A stretch of 64,000 bases of DNA from Bermanella sp. (lineage in GTDB: Bacteria > Pseudomonadota > Gammaproteobacteria > Pseudomonadales > Oceanobacteraceae), in contig JAWUVO010000025.1 in NCBI GenBank assembly GCA_034112325.1, positions 1,324-65,323 on the forward strand, given 5' to 3'. This document shows, piece after piece, positions 60,671-64,000 of this stretch. The position numbers and the translations under genes were made by a program. Under the pieces are notes generated by a model that was given only the letters and a program-made list of their open reading frames with translations, searched no databases and had not been told where the DNA came from. The first letter of the stretch is position 1, and each line of letters opens with the position of its first letter.

Positions 60671-60698
60671 CGTCTTACTAGCGAATGCGGGTATCCAC
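60671..60698 (+). repeat. Degenerate palindromic repeat (CGTC-type REP-like), copy B
   Basis: CGTCTTACTAGCGAATGCGGGTATCCA. Confidence 0.45.
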
Positions 60699-60735
60699 TT
60701 TACCATTTACATAAATTATTAATTAAACCTAATAC

Positions 60736-61431
60736 CTATATATCGGTTGTATTTGAGAGTTGAATCGCAAGTGTTATATTGCCAATTCCTAAGTGTTTAG
60801 GAATAACAGGAAATGGGTTTGCATTTAATACTTGGCGTTTTAACCAAGTCTGATAACTTTTTGGTCCTTCTAATAACTCTATCTTCACGTAGGTGGCAAT
60901 GCCTACTTTTAATATATTCAAATGGATAATCGCCTTACCAGTAGACCTTGAGCTTTTAACTTTGGTTAATAGATGTTGTGTTACTAGCTGACGATATTGT
61001 TGCTGTGGAGTAGGGTCTATTCCTGACTGATTAAACGCCATACCTTTATTACTAGTTGATTTTGATGTTTGGTTTTTAGTATCAGGGCTTTTAACATCTT
61101 TAGAATCAAACGCTTCACTAAGTGCTGTATTAAGTTTTATACCTTTAGGGATTGAAGGTGAAGGTGAGGGTGCTACATCATTTTTACTGGCGGCCACTGT
61201 ATCGACTGAGCTAGTTGAATTTTTAGTAGGTTGTGCAGTCATATTTTCTAATAAAATCACCTGCCCATTGCCAAAAGATGATTGCAGATTTTCATTAGGC
61301 TGGTAATAAATGATAATAAAAAATACAAAATGAAGCACCACTGAAATAACGATAGCTATGCTCAGTATTTGATCAGTATTTAAGCGCTTTAAAGAATTAA
61401 TCATTTTATTGTAATATCTTCTATCGGCCAT
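60736..61431 (-). CDS. TonB/TolA-like protein (N-terminal TM with SxxxH, linker, C-terminal domain)
   Basis: ISVVLH TM, Pro/Ser/Lys-rich linker, ANPFPVIP in the C-terminal domain; exact start uncertain. Confidence 0.6.
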   Translation of the reverse strand: MADRRYYNKMINSLKRLNTDQILSIAIVISVVLHFVFFIIIYYQPNENLQSSFGNGQVILLENMTAQPTKNSTSSVDTVAASKNDVAPSPSPSIPKGIKLNTALSEAFDSKDVKSPDTKNQTSKSTSNKGMAFNQSGIDPTPQQQYRQLVTQHLLTKVKSSRSTGKAIIHLNILKVGIATYVKIELLEGPKSYQTWLKRQVLNANPFPVIPKHLGIGNITLAIQLSNTTDI

Positions 61432-61597
61432 TTAGCTAAAATTATATTCGTACCATAAGAGTTACGTGCATGACTGCTATAAATAATAGGCTTTAGTCTT
61501 TTTGCATTGTATCATAATGCCTATTATTGATTTTAGCCTGAATTTAAACCTAAGTGGGATCAATTCAATCCACTAATAACTACAAATGGAGCACATA

Positions 61598-62200
61598 ATG
61601 AGCGTATTAGTTGGTAAAAAAGCACCTGATTTTACAGTTGCCGCAGTACTTGGCGACGGAACAATTGTTGAAGATTTTTCATTTTCTGAGACTATTAAAG
61701 GCAAATACAGCCTAGTATTTTTCTACCCACTAGATTTCACATTTGTTTGCCCATCTGAGCTGATCGCACTTGACCACCGTATGGACGCATTTAAAGCGTT
61801 AGGGGTAGAAGTGATTGGTGTTTCTATCGACTCTCATTTCTCCCACAATGCTTGGAGAAATACAGCTATTAACAACGGTGGCATTGGTCCAGTTAAGTAC
61901 ACTCTAGCGGCTGACATTACTCATGAAATTTGTAAAGCATACGACGTAGAATCCGACGGTGGTATGGCTTACCGTGGTGCATTTATCATTGATAAAGAAG
62001 GTATGGTTCGCTCTCAAATAGTTAACGATTTACCACTAGGTCGTAACATGGATGAGTTAATTCGTATTTTTGAAGCATTACAATTCCATGAAGAGCATGG
62101 TGAAGTTTGTCCTGCAGGTTGGACTAAGGGTGATAAAGGAATGGATGCTTCACCAGAAGGCGTTGCAAAATATCTAGCCGGTGAATCTGACAAGCTTTAA
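61598..62200 (+). CDS. ahpC: 2-Cys peroxiredoxin (AhpC/TsaA)
   Basis: FYPLDFTFVCP, HGEVCPAGW. Confidence 0.92.
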   Translation: MSVLVGKKAPDFTVAAVLGDGTIVEDFSFSETIKGKYSLVFFYPLDFTFVCPSELIALDHRMDAFKALGVEVIGVSIDSHFSHNAWRNTAINNGGIGPVKYTLAADITHEICKAYDVESDGGMAYRGAFIIDKEGMVRSQIVNDLPLGRNMDELIRIFEALQFHEEHGEVCPAGWTKGDKGMDASPEGVAKYLAGESDKL

Positions 62201-62205
62201 TAACT

Positions 62206-62239
62206 AAAAAAACCCGAGTTTATTAACTCGGTTTTTTTT
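62206..62239 (+). terminator. Terminator of the peroxiredoxin gene
   Basis: A run, CCGAGTT-TATT-AACTCGG, T run. Confidence 0.85.
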
Positions 62240-62291
62240 GGTTGGAGCCTGCTCGCAGGCGAAAAGGTTCGCCTGCAAGCAGGCTCCAACC
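62240..62291. repeat. Inverted REP doublet of a second family
   Basis: GGTTGGAGCCTGCTCGCAGGCGAA / TTCGCCTGCAAGCAGGCTCCAACC; each half is itself a hairpin. Confidence 0.8.
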
Positions 62292-62292
62292 C

Positions 62293-62709
62293 CTAGGCTT
62301 TCTTAGTCACTAGATGTATCTTCGCCCCAAGCAACATCGCCCCTACAAATATAAAAACGTCTTCATATCCATAACCTAATGCCGCAATGGCAGGCCCTGG
62401 ACAATAGCCCACAATAGCCCAACCCATACCAAATAAAACTGCCCCAAGTATTAAGTCTTTATCTATGGCTTTACTCAGTGGTAAATAAAAACGTTTACCT
62501 AACACGGGCTTACTTCTAAATCTTAATATTAATTGAAAACCTGGAATGGCAAGCAATAATGCCCCACCCATAACAAACATTAATGATGGATCCCAGTCGC
62601 CAAATACGTCTAAAAAACCTTGTACCCGATCAGGGTTATTCATGTCCGATGCGGCCAAGCCTGCACCAAACAACAAACCAGATAATAATGCGATGAATAA
62701 TTTTGACAT
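62293..62709 (-). CDS. YeeE/YedE (DUF6691) sulfur-compound transporter subunit
   Basis: GLLFGAGL..SDM.NP.RV.GFLD..G.WDPSL, GYCPGP. Confidence 0.9.
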   Translation of the reverse strand: MSKLFIALLSGLLFGAGLAASDMNNPDRVQGFLDVFGDWDPSLMFVMGGALLLAIPGFQLILRFRSKPVLGKRFYLPLSKAIDKDLILGAVLFGMGWAIVGYCPGPAIAALGYGYEDVFIFVGAMLLGAKIHLVTKKA

Positions 62710-63152
62710 TATATTACGGCTCCCATTAAGTGCTTAACAACATAAAGTGTAACGATAGCACTGGCCATAAAGGTGAGGGTTGCCACGATAGAACGGGGTG
62801 ATAATCGAGCAATGCCGGCAATCCCATGACCGCTAGTACAGCCATTACCCAACGACGTACCGTAACCAACTAAAAGGCCACCTAAAATCAATAATGGTAA
62901 AGAAGTGTTAGGGGCGGGTGGGTAAGCTGCACCAGATAAAAAATGATAAAGAAGACTGCCAGCCACTAAACTAACTAAAAATACTATACGCCAAACATTG
63001 TTGCTAAAGCTTGTTGCCATTAGCGAGAATGCCATACCACAAATACCAGCAATTCGGCCATTAAAGGCAAACAATAAAACAGAAGATAAACCAATTAACC
63101 CGCCACCAAACAATACGGTGGCGTAATTAACGTTTTGAAAAGCGTCAAACAT
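62709..63152 (-). CDS. YeeE/YedE sulfur-compound transporter subunit
   Basis: GGGLIG, GRIAGICG, GNGCTSGHG, RLSPRS. Confidence 0.9.
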   Translation of the reverse strand: MFDAFQNVNYATVLFGGGLIGLSSVLLFAFNGRIAGICGMAFSLMATSFSNNVWRIVFLVSLVAGSLLYHFLSGAAYPPAPNTSLPLLILGGLLVGYGTSLGNGCTSGHGIAGIARLSPRSIVATLTFMASAIVTLYVVKHLMGAVI

Positions 63153-63216
63153 AAATAATTGCTCTGATTATAAAATACAAGGGGGGTAGTTTAGCGAAAG
63201 GTAATGTAAAAATAGA

Positions 63217-63252
63217 ATATCATTAAATTCTAATATAAGAATTTAATGATAT
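63217..63252. promoter_or_regulatory. Perfect 15-bp inverted repeat containing ATTC-N8-GAAT (SqrR/BigR-like operator)
   Basis: ATATCATTAAATTCT-AATATA-AGAATTTAATGATAT upstream of the YeeE/YedE pair. Confidence 0.55.
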
Positions 63253-63299
63253 ATGCAGTAACTTAGTAAAAAGAAAAAGTGGACAAGAAGAATAAGTGG

Positions 63300-63974
63300 T
63301 TATTCCTCTTCTTGTGAATATCGCTCTTGTTTCATGTGCTTGCGCTCAGCCCATTCCCAACCACCCATACGGCTCCACTGGTTTACGATTAAAGCAAAAA
63401 GCTCAGCCGTTTTTTCAGTGTCGTAAAGTGCGCTGTGTGCCGATTTGTTATCAAAGTCGATCTCAGCTAATTTACAAGATCTAGCCAGCACTGTGTGCCC
63501 TAATGCCAAGCCAGCTAACGTGGCGGTATCAAAGCATGAAAACGGATGGAAGGGGCTGCCTTTCATATCATGACGTTCAATTGCTGCGTTAATAAAGCCT
63601 AAATCAAAGTGCGCGTTATGGCCTACTAAAATAGCGCGTTTACAGCCTCTTGCTTTCATAGCTTTACGAACAGACTTAAACATAGCTGCAAGTGCTGACT
63701 CTTCTTTTTGAGCATTGCGATCTGGGTCATCAGGATTAATGCCGGTGAAGTCCAGTGCACTCTGCTCTAGATTAGAGCCTTCGAAGGGTTCGATATTAGC
63801 TGACATAGACTGACCAGGAATCAGCATACCCCTATCGTCCATGTCCATTACAACCATTGCTACTTCTAATAATGCGTCGGTTTTAGCATTAAATCCGGCT
63901 GTTTCTACGTCTACAACAACAGGTAGGTAACCACGGAAACGGGAAGCCATGGCATTTTCAAGATTTTCGACCAC
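63300..63974 (-). CDS. rnt: Ribonuclease T
   Basis: RFRGYLPVVVDVETAGF, GHNAHFD, PFHPFS.FDT, AHSALYD. Confidence 0.97.
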   Translation of the reverse strand: MVENLENAMASRFRGYLPVVVDVETAGFNAKTDALLEVAMVVMDMDDRGMLIPGQSMSANIEPFEGSNLEQSALDFTGINPDDPDRNAQKEESALAAMFKSVRKAMKARGCKRAILVGHNAHFDLGFINAAIERHDMKGSPFHPFSCFDTATLAGLALGHTVLARSCKLAEIDFDNKSAHSALYDTEKTAELFALIVNQWSRMGGWEWAERKHMKQERYSQEEE

Positions 63975-64000
63975 GTTGAGCCTTAAATATATTTACAAAA

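Noticed and set aside
3362-63484. Numerous 60-140 aa ORFs antisense to or nested in long genes
   Set aside because: They lie within confidently identified genes and show no recognisable motifs.

Overview
An AT-rich, gene-dense chromosomal window from a marine-type gammaproteobacterium. An Oceanospirillales-like origin is inferred from gene content and Pseudomonas-like synteny, not proven. The backbone is housekeeping: cysZ 3' end, argF-argD, grxD, trhO, M17 aminopeptidase, csp, selO, moxR/VWA (Bat) cluster, large NAD-GDH, pyrD-rmf-rlmKL, amt, miaE, peroxiredoxin, rnt. Accessory modules: (1) a ~2 kb cargo between cysZ and argF, bracketed by six GTAG-type REP hairpins, with one intact gene and a broken gene at each edge; (2) a structured argD leader containing a 24-codon uORF with two rare Arg codons, a candidate arginine attenuator; (3) a Fur-boxed divergon with two imelysins, two different di-haem enzymes, DUF1513 and a TonB receptor; (4) a TetR-MBL-iorAB-xdhC-mocA operon; (5) an uncharacterised three-gene DUF2589 operon with a candidate activator site and an internal terminator, the best candidate for an undescribed system; (6) a YeeE/YedE pair with a SqrR/BigR-like operator. 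No rRNA, tRNA, CRISPR array, integrase or transposase was seen. All calls come from motif recognition by eye; no searches were run.
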